Source of the DNA: a virus
Reading direction: 5' to 3' (one strand)
IMG/VR virus record: IMGVR_UViG_3300028883_000992
Location: 27,136 to 91,135 of that record
Length of the DNA: 64,000 nt
A program made the position numbers and the translations under genes. Each line of letters begins with the position of its first letter. Position 1 is the first letter of the stretch. The notes beneath the pieces were generated by a model, which was given only the letters and a program-made list of their open reading frames with translations, ran no database searches and was not told where the DNA came from. Shown here piece by piece: positions 50,937 through 60,475 of this stretch.

Positions 50937-52555
50937 ACTCCTACAGCAGTAATTTTCTTAGGTCTATATACTTCTGCAATTAAACAATAGTCTAAAGCCG
51001 CCATATTACATAAAGCTAAAGCCATTGCCCTATCTCGCTTTTTCCCACCGGGAGCAACATAAACAAATTTATTGCCACGTTCTTCAATAACTAATTGCGT
51101 TAATTCTCTTTTTGTACGTTGAATTTCAATGGAAGCATTAAATTCTTCTGTATTACCTTCAGATCGTTTCATATCTAACGGGAGTTTCAATCTTCCATTT
51201 TGGAACGAAGATTTCAATTTATCAAACATCTCAGAAATATTATCAACTGTAAAATTAAACATTTTAATAATGTGTCTGCCATCTAATTTTTGATGTAACT
51301 TATCTTCCATATCTAACAGAGGTTCCACATTATAAACAGGAGAGCCATATCTTAACAAATCTTTTAAGGCTCTACCATAACTATCATTATCAATAAATAT
51401 ACGAACTATATTAAACTTCTTACACAATTCAAATATTTTCATGGCCTGATTTGGCATTTCTAAACCATTATCTGCATAAGAATGAACTAATTTGAACAGT
51501 CTATGCTTCTCATCAACCTCAAAAACCTGAATTGCAAAATTGTCACCATTAACAACTCTTGCATTGTCAATACCCATTACATAAGTTCTTCTTCTACATC
51601 CTCTTGCTAATGATATAGCTATAGGCTCATCAGGATTACGTCCATCAATAACACTTTCTGTTAATATATTAACCGGGTCTTCTTTAGGGGTAACTCTTGG
51701 AGACTCTAGTAAACGATATGTAAATATAGCATCTGATTCACTCGCAATTTTACAATGCATCTCCATTAAATACTTTTCTTCAGTCATAGATGGCTCATTT
51801 TTAATATGTTCACGAACCATCTTACTCATTCTATATGGAGAGTTTTCTACAAGATCAATATCACGATGATCATATTCTAAAATCGCGTATTCAGGGTCTT
51901 TTAATGACATTTTATATTTATAAAGTACATATTTAGCATAAGCATGATTCCATGTATAAAATCCTGTAGTTGCATAAATCTGTTTATTGATACGTTTAGT
52001 GCTTTTCTCAACCATCAAATAAGGCAATGCAACTGTATTGACCATATTGGGATCATGATCTTTATATTCATCAAAAACAGCTATTGTATTTCTGCGACCT
52101 CTTGCCTTTTCAGTAAGTGCTAAAGATTCAATAAAAGAACCGTTAGTAAACTTCATCTTAAAAGTTTTACCCATTCTAATAGCATTTTTACTTCTTGACA
52201 ACTCTACGCAGTCAGCAAATAACGGGCATCTATCGTAAAATTGTTGCACATATTCCCAAAACTGATCCCACTGCTTAGACGTAGGAGTATAATAACCTAT
52301 ACCTTCTTCTGGATATAAAATAGCCCTCAAACAACAAAATAATGCCAATATCCAAGTTTTACCGCAACCACGACCAAGAAATAAAAATATAGCACTGCAA
52401 TGCCACAAAGCCAACAATGCTATCCTCTGCCACCATATTAAATCCACATTAAAAATATCTTTGGCTGCCTGAATGGGGTGTAAACGCCAAAAAAGTATTA
52501 ACTTTTCCCTTCTATTGGGGCGTGTCTGTTCTTCTTTACTTAATCTAACTGTCAT
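50927..52555 (-). CDS. terL: Terminase large subunit
   Basis: Walker A GRGCGKT, FTNGSFI, RGRR, Walker B AVFDE, nuclease MGIDNAR..D and KRDRAMA. Confidence 0.93.
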   Translation of the reverse strand: MTVRLSKEEQTRPNRREKLILFWRLHPIQAAKDIFNVDLIWWQRIALLALWHCSAIFLFLGRGCGKTWILALFCCLRAILYPEEGIGYYTPTSKQWDQFWEYVQQFYDRCPLFADCVELSRSKNAIRMGKTFKMKFTNGSFIESLALTEKARGRRNTIAVFDEYKDHDPNMVNTVALPYLMVEKSTKRINKQIYATTGFYTWNHAYAKYVLYKYKMSLKDPEYAILEYDHRDIDLVENSPYRMSKMVREHIKNEPSMTEEKYLMEMHCKIASESDAIFTYRLLESPRVTPKEDPVNILTESVIDGRNPDEPIAISLARGCRRRTYVMGIDNARVVNGDNFAIQVFEVDEKHRLFKLVHSYADNGLEMPNQAMKIFELCKKFNIVRIFIDNDSYGRALKDLLRYGSPVYNVEPLLDMEDKLHQKLDGRHIIKMFNFTVDNISEMFDKLKSSFQNGRLKLPLDMKRSEGNTEEFNASIEIQRTKRELTQLVIEERGNKFVYVAPGGKKRDRAMALALCNMAALDYCLIAEVYRPKKITAVGVWA

Positions 52556-53475
52556 GCTTTTATAGCGTTAACTACAGGACGCTCTTTCTTTTCTTCTTCT
52601 TTAACCTTCTCTGATTGTTCCATTGAACGCTCTGTTAAGTCTTTAGCTAATTCAAGTTCTTCAGGTGAAAGTTCTTCGCGTTCAACACCTGATAAAATAT
52701 TATGCATCTCATCTACAGAAAGTGGGGAATTAATTGGAGCACGTTGTATACGTTCTTGATTAAAACGTAATTCTTCTTGCAGGTCTTTCTCTTCTTCTTC
52801 TTCAATATTTTTCAGTTTTTCTTCTAATGTAACTGAAAGTTCAGATATACTTTTAGCACTTTTTTCTAAATGTGCATCACGCTGTTGACGGGTAATTCCA
52901 AGATGTTTCTGTATATTTAAAATACTATTCTCTAATTTGTCTTTTATATCTATATCGTTTTTCTTTGTTACATAATCAGGCTGTAAAACCTGCTTGTTAA
53001 AACGCAGTAACTTAATCTCAGTTAAAATCAAATCCTTTAAAAGAACTCTATCAGAAGTAGTATTAAAAGTAAATTCTTCCTGATATTTTTTAGATAAGTC
53101 CTTAATAATTTTTTGCTCATTTTCATCAAATACACCTAAATCTATAATCTCTTTAGCTATGCTATGATCTACATCAAATCCACTCTTAACATAAACATTT
53201 TTCTTATTTTTCTTTTTTGTTTTCTTCTTGGTTTTCTTTTCCCAACGATTTTCACGCAATAATTTACCTGTCTTAGAATCAAACCTCTTATCAAAATCAG
53301 CAGGTGGACGTTTCCATCCATAAGCATCAGGATTTTGACATATATCAATAATTTCTTTGATCTTTAATTCTATATCTTTTTCATCTAATTCAGGATTTTT
53401 TTGTTTAAGATATTGAACCCCTTCTTTAAATTTCTTTTCACGTTCTTCTTCAGTAAGTATAATTTGTTTTGCCAT
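52552..53475 (-). CDS. Putative terminase small subunit
   Basis: ATGA-coupled to TerL; LGITRQQR motif; Lys-rich tract. Confidence 0.55.
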   Translation of the reverse strand: MAKQIILTEEEREKKFKEGVQYLKQKNPELDEKDIELKIKEIIDICQNPDAYGWKRPPADFDKRFDSKTGKLLRENRWEKKTKKKTKKKNKKNVYVKSGFDVDHSIAKEIIDLGVFDENEQKIIKDLSKKYQEEFTFNTTSDRVLLKDLILTEIKLLRFNKQVLQPDYVTKKNDIDIKDKLENSILNIQKHLGITRQQRDAHLEKSAKSISELSVTLEEKLKNIEEEEEKDLQEELRFNQERIQRAPINSPLSVDEMHNILSGVEREELSPEELELAKDLTERSMEQSEKVKEEEKKERPVVNAIKA

Positions 53476-53508
53476 ATGAAATTCCTTTCATTTACTATAC
53501 GACAAAAT

Positions 53509-53565
53509 AAAAAAAGCGGTATAAAATACCGCTTAAAAACAAATACCGCCCATAAGGACGGTATT
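53509..53565 (-). terminator. Tandem intrinsic terminator-like hairpins
   Basis: AATACCGTCC-TTAT-GGGCGGTATT-TGTTTTT then AAGCGGTAT-TTT-ATACCGCTT-TTTTT. Confidence 0.8.
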
Positions 53566-53593
53566 CCTACACCTTCTACACATGGCAGATTAT

Positions 53594-53614
53594 CTATATT
53601 AGATACGAATAACT
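53594..53614 (-). promoter_or_regulatory. Putative phage late promoter motif, copy 1
   Basis: AGTTATTCGTATCTAATATAG, intergenic between the sigma factor and terminase genes. Confidence 0.55.
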
Positions 53615-53629
53615 AAATATAATATATTA

Positions 53630-54211
53630 TTACAATCCTGCATCAGCAGTGGATAAATTTACAAGCATTTTGTTGGCCTTAGCAAACTCAAACAACCTCT
53701 TTTTTATTGTTAATAAATGTTTTCTTAAATCGTAACCCCTTGACTTCATATCAATTAAGCTAGATTTAAATTTTCCACTTGTCTTATATGTATTATCTGG
53801 CATATCGTACATATCACATATTGTGTCAAAAATGACACACTGATAACAAGTCAGTTGTGACCTGAATTCATCAATAAGATCATCAGGCACTTCTTCTTCT
53901 ACATATGGTATAGTTGAATAATCAATAGAATTTTGATCATAATGAAGCATATTGTCGTCAAAATATTCTTGACGGTATTTATGAGCATCAAGAACATGCT
54001 TTTTTGCTTCTAACGCTATAAAACCATATACAAATTCAAACATAGTACCACGATTTTCATCATATTTTTCAGGTATGCTCTGCCATAATTTTATACTAAT
54101 ATCTTGCTTCAAATCTTCTCTTTTATCTTGATCTTTCTCATATAAGCCTGTGAAATAATTAAGCCAAGCCTGAGTTGTTGATGCAGATATAAGATAATCA
54201 AAATCTATCAC
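53630..54211 (-). CDS. Sigma70-like phage sigma factor
   Basis: Region 2-like EDLKQDISIKLWQSIPEKYDENRGTMFEFVY; region 4-like LT.YQ..IF. Confidence 0.7.
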   Translation of the reverse strand: MIDFDYLISASTTQAWLNYFTGLYEKDQDKREDLKQDISIKLWQSIPEKYDENRGTMFEFVYGFIALEAKKHVLDAHKYRQEYFDDNMLHYDQNSIDYSTIPYVEEEVPDDLIDEFRSQLTCYQCVIFDTICDMYDMPDNTYKTSGKFKSSLIDMKSRGYDLRKHLLTIKKRLFEFAKANKMLVNLSTADAGL

Positions 54212-55248
54212 AACACTTTACCCCTTGATGCCTGAAGAATGTCTCCATTCAAAAACAATATAGTTACTTTACCGTCAACAGGTTCATTAATATACATATC
54301 AACTACATCGCCATCTGCACAAAACAATATCTTGTCAACTGTCTTCACATCTAAGTTGACCTGTATTTCACGCTGTATATTATTAAAATAACAATTTTCT
54401 TTCGCTGTTTTTGAAGAACCTTCGGCAGTCATTTTATTAGTTTTATCTATATGCCAATTAATTCCCTTTTCAAAATTATCAGACCCTATAAAACTACACA
54501 TACTCCCAAATCTTTTGCGTAGATCGCTTGAATCAAAACTGCATACGAACTGATAACGACTAACATCAAAAGCACCAAGATTAATAGGGAATATTGAATC
54601 AGGTTCATGATTGACTGTAATTAATGTAAAATATGCATTAGTTAAACAAACAAGTTTTTCATTAACCTTCAACTCAAAATGCTCTTTTACCTTCCCTATA
54701 AATGGAAGCAACATACCATCCAACATAAATTGTATTTTACATTCTGAGGCTAAAAGCACAAAATTAAAATGATCTGTTGCAATTAAATTACCGTCTATAT
54801 CATTAAATACAAAACAACTATCATCCTCTGCTTTTGGAGAATTAACGTGCTGACGCAATAATTCAAATTTCTGATTATTAATCTTAACAGAATTATCAGG
54901 TAACTTATAATCAAAGAAAAATCCACCAAATTCACTATCAATCAAAGCCATAGAGTAATGATTACTACCAGTAAACACATTTAACTGGTCTTTAGTAACC
55001 TCTAATCTAACTGATCCAGACATAATTTTCATTACATTTAAAAAATCTTTAGCATTAACAATACATTGAATATCTTTCTCAGATTCAACAATAGGAAACT
55101 TTACAAATAACTCTATATCCTCAAGTTTCATATTAATATGTAAATAATCCTCATCTGACTTTAAGGCCAAAGACTTAGATTTATTGAAAAATAATGTTGC
55201 ACATTTCAAAACATGCTCATCAAACTGGTCTTTATCTAAAGTTATCAT
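54208..55248 (-). CDS. DNA polymerase III beta sliding clamp-like protein, divergent
   Basis: 346 aa with three-domain pattern; IVNAKDFLNVMK, LIATDHF (cf. VATDGHRL), FP. Confidence 0.6.
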   Translation of the reverse strand: MITLDKDQFDEHVLKCATLFFNKSKSLALKSDEDYLHINMKLEDIELFVKFPIVESEKDIQCIVNAKDFLNVMKIMSGSVRLEVTKDQLNVFTGSNHYSMALIDSEFGGFFFDYKLPDNSVKINNQKFELLRQHVNSPKAEDDSCFVFNDIDGNLIATDHFNFVLLASECKIQFMLDGMLLPFIGKVKEHFELKVNEKLVCLTNAYFTLITVNHEPDSIFPINLGAFDVSRYQFVCSFDSSDLRKRFGSMCSFIGSDNFEKGINWHIDKTNKMTAEGSSKTAKENCYFNNIQREIQVNLDVKTVDKILFCADGDVVDMYINEPVDGKVTILFLNGDILQASRGKVL

Positions 55249-55249
55249 A

Positions 55250-55534
55250 TTAAATCCTTTCTATAATTTCTTCCCAACGGTATACGTCAGTACCCTTCCA
55301 TTTTAACAAATGCTTTTTTATATCAATATATCCATCATGTATCGCCCTGTGACATTCATGGCATACCGTAATAATATTATATTCCTTATCAGCTAAAGAC
55401 GGGTCGCTTCCAACTGTTATTATATGGTGTCCACACAACTCTGTTTCCTCATATGCAATACCACAAATTAAACACAATCCGTCTTTTTTTGCGAGTTCTT
55501 TAGCTACTTTAGTAGCATTATCTCTAACTTTCAT
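55250..55534 (-). CDS. HNH endonuclease
   Basis: CLICG..HHI...N...CHECHRAIH. Confidence 0.88.
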   Translation of the reverse strand: MKVRDNATKVAKELAKKDGLCLICGIAYEETELCGHHIITVGSDPSLADKEYNIITVCHECHRAIHDGYIDIKKHLLKWKGTDVYRWEEIIERI

Positions 55535-56177
55535 CTTTTATCTCGTCTATTAAATCATATAAACCATCTACATACTCTGGGTTAGAAGCTGATTTATCTA
55601 ATATAGCAAACCTAGTCATATCAACAGCATACTTTCTTTTTTTAAAATGTTCTCTTGTCTGTTTGTCGTTTAATGCATAAAATGGATACATATGATACAA
55701 AATCATAGTCAGAACTTTATTATAAGAAAAACCATATGTTTCTTCAAATAGTTCAAGTGAAACATCGCTATTCTGAAATACAATATCCATATATTTAACA
55801 AAAATTTCTGCACTTATATTGGGATGCTTTCTGAAATCTTGGCTATATTTACCTATGTCATGAAATAAAGCACACCATAATATATTAAGATCATCTTTAG
55901 GACATAAATCCAATACCTTCATTGTATGTTGATAAACATTTAGCGTATTACGCTTATCCTGTATAACATAACGACACTCTTCAAGTTCCGGTAATATTCT
56001 CTCCAATATACCTAAATAACTAAGATGCTTAAATCCAGAAACCGGATTTGATTTAAGTATAATATTAAGACCATAAATTAATGTATCTGACCAATAAATA
56101 TTCTTAGCTTCATCAGGTACATCTAAACAATATGGATTATTTATGTCGTAAAAAAAGTCTAATACATTATTTGTCAT
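55524..56177 (-). CDS. HD-domain protein resembling the body/HD part of CCA-adding enzyme
   Basis: P..GF..L...GIL..ILPEL......Q......V..HT..V...ALFHDIGK, H..ISA, HM. Confidence 0.75.
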   Translation of the reverse strand: MTNNVLDFFYDINNPYCLDVPDEAKNIYWSDTLIYGLNIILKSNPVSGFKHLSYLGILERILPELEECRYVIQDKRNTLNVYQHTMKVLDLCPKDDLNILWCALFHDIGKYSQDFRKHPNISAEIFVKYMDIVFQNSDVSLELFEETYGFSYNKVLTMILYHMYPFYALNDKQTREHFKKRKYAVDMTRFAILDKSASNPEYVDGLYDLIDEIKDES

Positions 56178-56577
56178 ATTTTGCTTTAATTAATGATAGC
56201 CAATCATGTCCTTCCTGTGAATTAAGATACTCAACAGCCTTATCAATAAGATGCTCAAAAACATCGTCATCAAACCATTCAAGAACAACAGGAAGTTCAA
56301 TAACATCATCCAAAAATTGAACCAACGCCTCTTTCTTGCTAACATCAAATTCATCAACTTCAAGATAAATCTTCTCAACCAAAATAACTAGATCAAGAAT
56401 AAGCGCATAAAAAGCATCTAATACTTCTGCTATTCTCTCATCAAGATGCAAAATATTTTTCAAAGACTTTAGATCAGTCAGTGAGGTATTAATACGTTGT
56501 ATATCTTCAACAAACTGATCATAGTCAGTATATTTTGTTATCTCTTCCTTAAATTTCTCATAATTAATTGTAATCAT
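56167..56577 (-). CDS. Acidic hypothetical protein
   Basis: Co-oriented ORF; KKEALV..LDD.IELP..LEWFDD. Confidence 0.65.
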   Translation of the reverse strand: MITINYEKFKEEITKYTDYDQFVEDIQRINTSLTDLKSLKNILHLDERIAEVLDAFYALILDLVILVEKIYLEVDEFDVSKKEALVQFLDDVIELPVVLEWFDDDVFEHLIDKAVEYLNSQEGHDWLSLIKAKYDK

Positions 56578-56578
56578 A

Positions 56579-57043
56579 TCACATACCCTTATTGGCTTGC
56601 TCCTTTAAATTAGACATCACACTCCTAATATGATCAAATGTTCTGCCTAATAATTCCCATTTATCTCTTGCAACATTATAATAGTATCTCCAAGCTAACA
56701 TCTTCTCATTAACAATATTATAATCGTCACATACTTTATTATATTCATGTGAATCCACTTTGCCTCTATGGTACAAGTCATTAACTTTGGTTTGTTCTTT
56801 TTTCTTTATGGCCAATAAACCATCGTGATAACTCATTTGTTCATGTAATAAATTTTTAACAATAGACAACTTACGACCATAAACCTGAAAACCATTAAAC
56901 AAGTGGTATAAAACTCCTAAATCTGCATCAACAGGAACACACAAATCCTTTATAAACAACTCTGTAACCTCTTCTTTTTTAACTGATTGAGTTTTATCAA
57001 CTAATATCAGAAATTCCTTATAAATTTCTGTCCTGTATCCCAT
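56579..57043 (-). CDS. Helical hypothetical protein (possibly UvsY-like)
   Basis: Long coiled helices, 154 aa; the family call is weak. Confidence 0.45.
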   Translation of the reverse strand: MGYRTEIYKEFLILVDKTQSVKKEEVTELFIKDLCVPVDADLGVLYHLFNGFQVYGRKLSIVKNLLHEQMSYHDGLLAIKKKEQTKVNDLYHRGKVDSHEYNKVCDDYNIVNEKMLAWRYYYNVARDKWELLGRTFDHIRSVMSNLKEQANKGM

Positions 57044-57389
57044 TATCTAAACCTTTCATTTCGCCATAAGCAGTAGAAACTGCATGACTCAAAGCATCAA
57101 CTATAGATGCAAAATTACGCTTATTCTCAGAATCAAAGAAGCCATCTCTACATCTATGCCCTTCTAATTTATCTATAATTTCTTCAGGCTTTATACCTTG
57201 TTGCAATAACATACTTATTAAATCACTCATTGTCCATACAAACATATTTACAGTGTCATTATTTTTTCCTATAGTGGCCGACACTCTTAAAGGTTTATCA
57301 TCTTCTGAAAAATTAACTGTTACATACATATTGCCATAGGGTGTATTATAACGAATAGTTTGTCCCTTCAAAACATCTGGTATATCCAT
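57018..57389 (-). CDS. Stand-alone TSCPD domain (class II ribonucleotide reductase C-terminal domain); start revised to 57389
   Basis: LKGQT....TPYGNMYVTVN, LISMLLQ.G...EEII..L.G, SIVDAL; GGAG RBS. Confidence 0.8.
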   Translation of the reverse strand: MDIPDVLKGQTIRYNTPYGNMYVTVNFSEDDKPLRVSATIGKNNDTVNMFVWTMSDLISMLLQQGIKPEEIIDKLEGHRCRDGFFDSENKRNFASIVDALSHAVSTAYGEMKGLDNGIQDRNL

Positions 57390-57435
57390 ATTTTCTCCGT
57401 AATTATAATGTTTAAGAATTATAGTAGCATCATAA

Positions 57436-58041
57436 TTACGATTTATCATTTCCTTCACAGTTATTATTTTCCTTAAATTTTCTATAATATTCCAATGCGT
57501 TATCAACCATCACCTTGTCTTTATCTATGCCAAAAAAACCTCTATCATTATTTAAGCACCACTTACCAACTGAATTTGTACCCATAAAAGGATCAAGAAC
57601 CAAATCACCTTTTTTAGTATAATTACCCAGTATAATATCCAAAAATTCTGTAGTAAATGGCATATATCTTGGATCATTTATATCTACCGGAACAGAGCTA
57701 TAGAAATCTAGTCTATCATAAAACTTTTTATGTATTCTTGGACCACCAAGAACCACTAATTTAAATCCATATAAAAATGAAATAATATCTGCTGTCGTAC
57801 CGTCTGCTAAAAATTTCTTTAGAAAATTTACATCCATATATCCATTATCTCTATCAAAAGACAAAAATATAAACATATATCCACTATCACTCAACATCGG
57901 TATTGATGTACCGAAAAACGTATCAATATTATCCTTAAAATCAAGATGGTAATCAGGAGCAGTTATTATACAATCGCATCTTCTTAAACACATAGATGAG
58001 TAAAAATTACTATGCACAGCTTTATACATAAACAACCTCAT
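57436..58041 (-). CDS. N4/N6 DNA methyltransferase-like protein, degenerate
   Basis: GDLVLDPFMGTNS (motif I), R.FFGID; motif IV reads ITAPDY. Confidence 0.7.
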   Translation of the reverse strand: MRLFMYKAVHSNFYSSMCLRRCDCIITAPDYHLDFKDNIDTFFGTSIPMLSDSGYMFIFLSFDRDNGYMDVNFLKKFLADGTTADIISFLYGFKLVVLGGPRIHKKFYDRLDFYSSVPVDINDPRYMPFTTEFLDIILGNYTKKGDLVLDPFMGTNSVGKWCLNNDRGFFGIDKDKVMVDNALEYYRKFKENNNCEGNDKS

Positions 58042-58783
58042 CTTTATTTATATCATAAACATAGCATTGTTCATGCATATTTTTACAAAAAACCATAGTA
58101 AACGTGTGGTCTATAGCTGTAAAATCAAAAACATCATTTTCAGCATTAATATCATTCCAAAATACTGCTCTTAATTCATATTTATGACATATATCGAGAA
58201 AATCATAATATCTATTATTTATCTCACTTCTAAAATCAACCATTCCTCTTTTTTTACCGCCAATAGGATCACCTAAAAATAAGAAATCTATTTTGCCATT
58301 AAACTGTAGCAACCTATCTATATCCTCTACAGTATAATAATTATACCTTTGTTTATGTTGATTAGATATGGAGCGATAATTAAATCTTCCACCTAAACCA
58401 ACAAGTCTCACCTGATAACCATCTTTCTCTATAGTATATATAATACCGTTCTTCATTATCTTAAAATTAGTAATCAAATCATCTCTTTGAATTTCAGAAC
58501 AATAATTGCCATTATCACCAAATGCAGGTACATAATAAACAGGCTTACTAAACTGTGTCCTGCCTATATATTTATTAAAATTACTACGTTTTCTCTTAAA
58601 ATAATCTCTAACACGATGATTCATTTTTGGATAACGATTATCCCATAGGTAATTATCTCTACTGTCATTATAATGAATACCAAATGTACCTAATGTAACA
58701 ACACAGTCACAGTCAGCACTATCAATCTGATTGTCAAAGTATGACATATCACCCATAATATTAGATGCAACCATTATTCTCAT
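58022..58783 (-). CDS. Calcineurin-like metallophosphoesterase fold with metal ligands lost
   Basis: MRIMVASNIMG, VTLGTFG, PVYYVP, RLVGLGG, IDFLFL spacing matches the fold. Confidence 0.6.
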   Translation of the reverse strand: MRIMVASNIMGDMSYFDNQIDSADCDCVVTLGTFGIHYNDSRDNYLWDNRYPKMNHRVRDYFKRKRSNFNKYIGRTQFSKPVYYVPAFGDNGNYCSEIQRDDLITNFKIMKNGIIYTIEKDGYQVRLVGLGGRFNYRSISNQHKQRYNYYTVEDIDRLLQFNGKIDFLFLGDPIGGKKRGMVDFRSEINNRYYDFLDICHKYELRAVFWNDINAENDVFDFTAIDHTFTMVFCKNMHEQCYVYDINKDEVVYV

Positions 58784-58793
58784 TTTGCCATTC

Positions 58794-59960
58794 CTATTTT
58801 AAAAGACCGTTATGCTCCAAAACTTTCTTTTGGAACTCAAGGTTTATACCGACATCAGGTAAATCCGTTCCTTCTGTAAAGTGTGATATTAATTCCTTTT
58901 GGTACAGATGTTTATCAACCAGATTTTTAATAACAGGAAATACTACTTGATAATCATACCTCTCTTTAATAAAATTATGTAGCTCTTCCCTAATACTGTC
59001 AATTTGCACTTCTGTTTTGCTACTAAAATTATCTATCAACTTATTAAACTCATCAATATCCTGCCATATATATTCTTTGGGATATATATATCTGGAACCA
59101 AGCCAATCATAAATCAGAGGAATAACACCTGCCGCCATACCTTCAGCTACACTATTATGAAAAGACTCATAAAGAGAAGATGAAACAATATATTGTTTGT
59201 CCATTAACCAATCAGTAAGTTTATCAGGTTCAATCCATCCATAGAAAAATACCTTTCCACCTTGTTGATTAACACCAAGATTCTTAGATGCATATTGAAA
59301 ATGTATGTTTTCTCTGTTGTCACCTTGAAAAGCACCTGCAATATGTAACTCATATTCTGGATCAATTTTCAAAAGCTGCTTAAATGTTTCTAGTGCAAGA
59401 GGAAAATTCTTCTTAAAATTAATATATCCCAACCAAGCAATTTTCTTGGTTATAGGTTTATTTTTCTTAACCTTAAACTTTTTACAGTCAACACCAACGG
59501 GTATGACATTAATCTTCATTGGGTCAATATTGGGCGGCACAAAATCAGTTGACACCTGTTTGCCTTGTGACATCAATTCGGATACAATCATATCTTTTTG
59601 AATTTTTATGACATCTTTTACACTCTCATTAACTAAAATAAGATCATCGACCTGATTCCAATTAATACTCTGTATTAAACTTCTGTTTTGAGCCTCAATA
59701 CCAAACGCCTCATATGAATGAAGTCTAAAAATATATTTGCAATATTTATCTCCTGTAGTAGCAGGATGACACCATTTATCAAGCCACTCAAACCAAGCTA
59801 AATCACTTTTATTAAGTATCTCAAAAAATTGCTGATGACCACAATTACCCTGCAACATAATCTGTACCTTATCTCTATATTGGTTTTTAAGATATTGTAT
59901 AACAGGGTTAATAAAAGTGCTGCCTTGCTGACAAAATACAGCCATTTTTTTAAAATCCAT
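58794..59960 (-). CDS. Glycosyltransferase, GT-B/GT4-like
   Basis: RLHSYE, IPVGVD, GYINFKKN, SSLYESFHNSVAEGMAAG. Confidence 0.88.
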   Translation of the reverse strand: MDFKKMAVFCQQGSTFINPVIQYLKNQYRDKVQIMLQGNCGHQQFFEILNKSDLAWFEWLDKWCHPATTGDKYCKYIFRLHSYEAFGIEAQNRSLIQSINWNQVDDLILVNESVKDVIKIQKDMIVSELMSQGKQVSTDFVPPNIDPMKINVIPVGVDCKKFKVKKNKPITKKIAWLGYINFKKNFPLALETFKQLLKIDPEYELHIAGAFQGDNRENIHFQYASKNLGVNQQGGKVFFYGWIEPDKLTDWLMDKQYIVSSSLYESFHNSVAEGMAAGVIPLIYDWLGSRYIYPKEYIWQDIDEFNKLIDNFSSKTEVQIDSIREELHNFIKERYDYQVVFPVIKNLVDKHLYQKELISHFTEGTDLPDVGINLEFQKKVLEHNGLLK

Positions 59961-59962
59961 AT

Positions 59963-60475
59963 TTATTCCTCAAAATTATATATTCTCCACTTTTCATTAT
60001 TAGTCATACCATAATAATCATCACATAAAAGTGCTTGACGACAATTAACCTTTTTTAACTGCTCTTTACAGTCGTCACATGGTTGATCAGCAGGATGACC
60101 AAAAATATAACAACAACTATCCTGAATATGACACTTAACTTTTTGATATATGTCATCTATTGTCTCGTCAAAATAAAAATCTGCAAAATAACGCTGACAT
60201 TCATGTACTGCCATTGCCTCAGCATGAAAATGCTGACTGCAAGTTTGCCTACATATTGCATACCCAACACCAGATTCAAGCCCTAACACATATCTTGGAC
60301 ACATACCTTTAGGTGCACTTGGAGCACCATTATAACCTGTAAAAATATATTCATTATCATCATTATCAATTAACCACAATAAAGCACCAACCTTAACCTT
60401 AGTACATTGGCTATTTTGAGATATTAAAAATGCGTTATACATCAGATTTTTATCTATATCACTCAGATGAATCAT
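59963..60475 (-). CDS. dCMP/cytidine deaminase-family protein (start revised to 60475)
   Basis: S.C....VGA, GYNGAP, HAE, PCDDC; AGGAG RBS. Confidence 0.85.
   Translation of the reverse strand: MIHLSDIDKNLMYNAFLISQNSQCTKVKVGALLWLIDNDDNEYIFTGYNGAPSAPKGMCPRYVLGLESGVGYAICRQTCSQHFHAEAMAVHECQRYFADFYFDETIDDIYQKVKCHIQDSCCYIFGHPADQPCDDCKEQLKKVNCRQALLCDDYYGMTNNEKWRIYNFEE

Noticed and set aside
10330-53616. Short + strand ORFs opposite the structural genes
   Set aside because: Antisense to long, well-supported genes, with no recognisable motifs.
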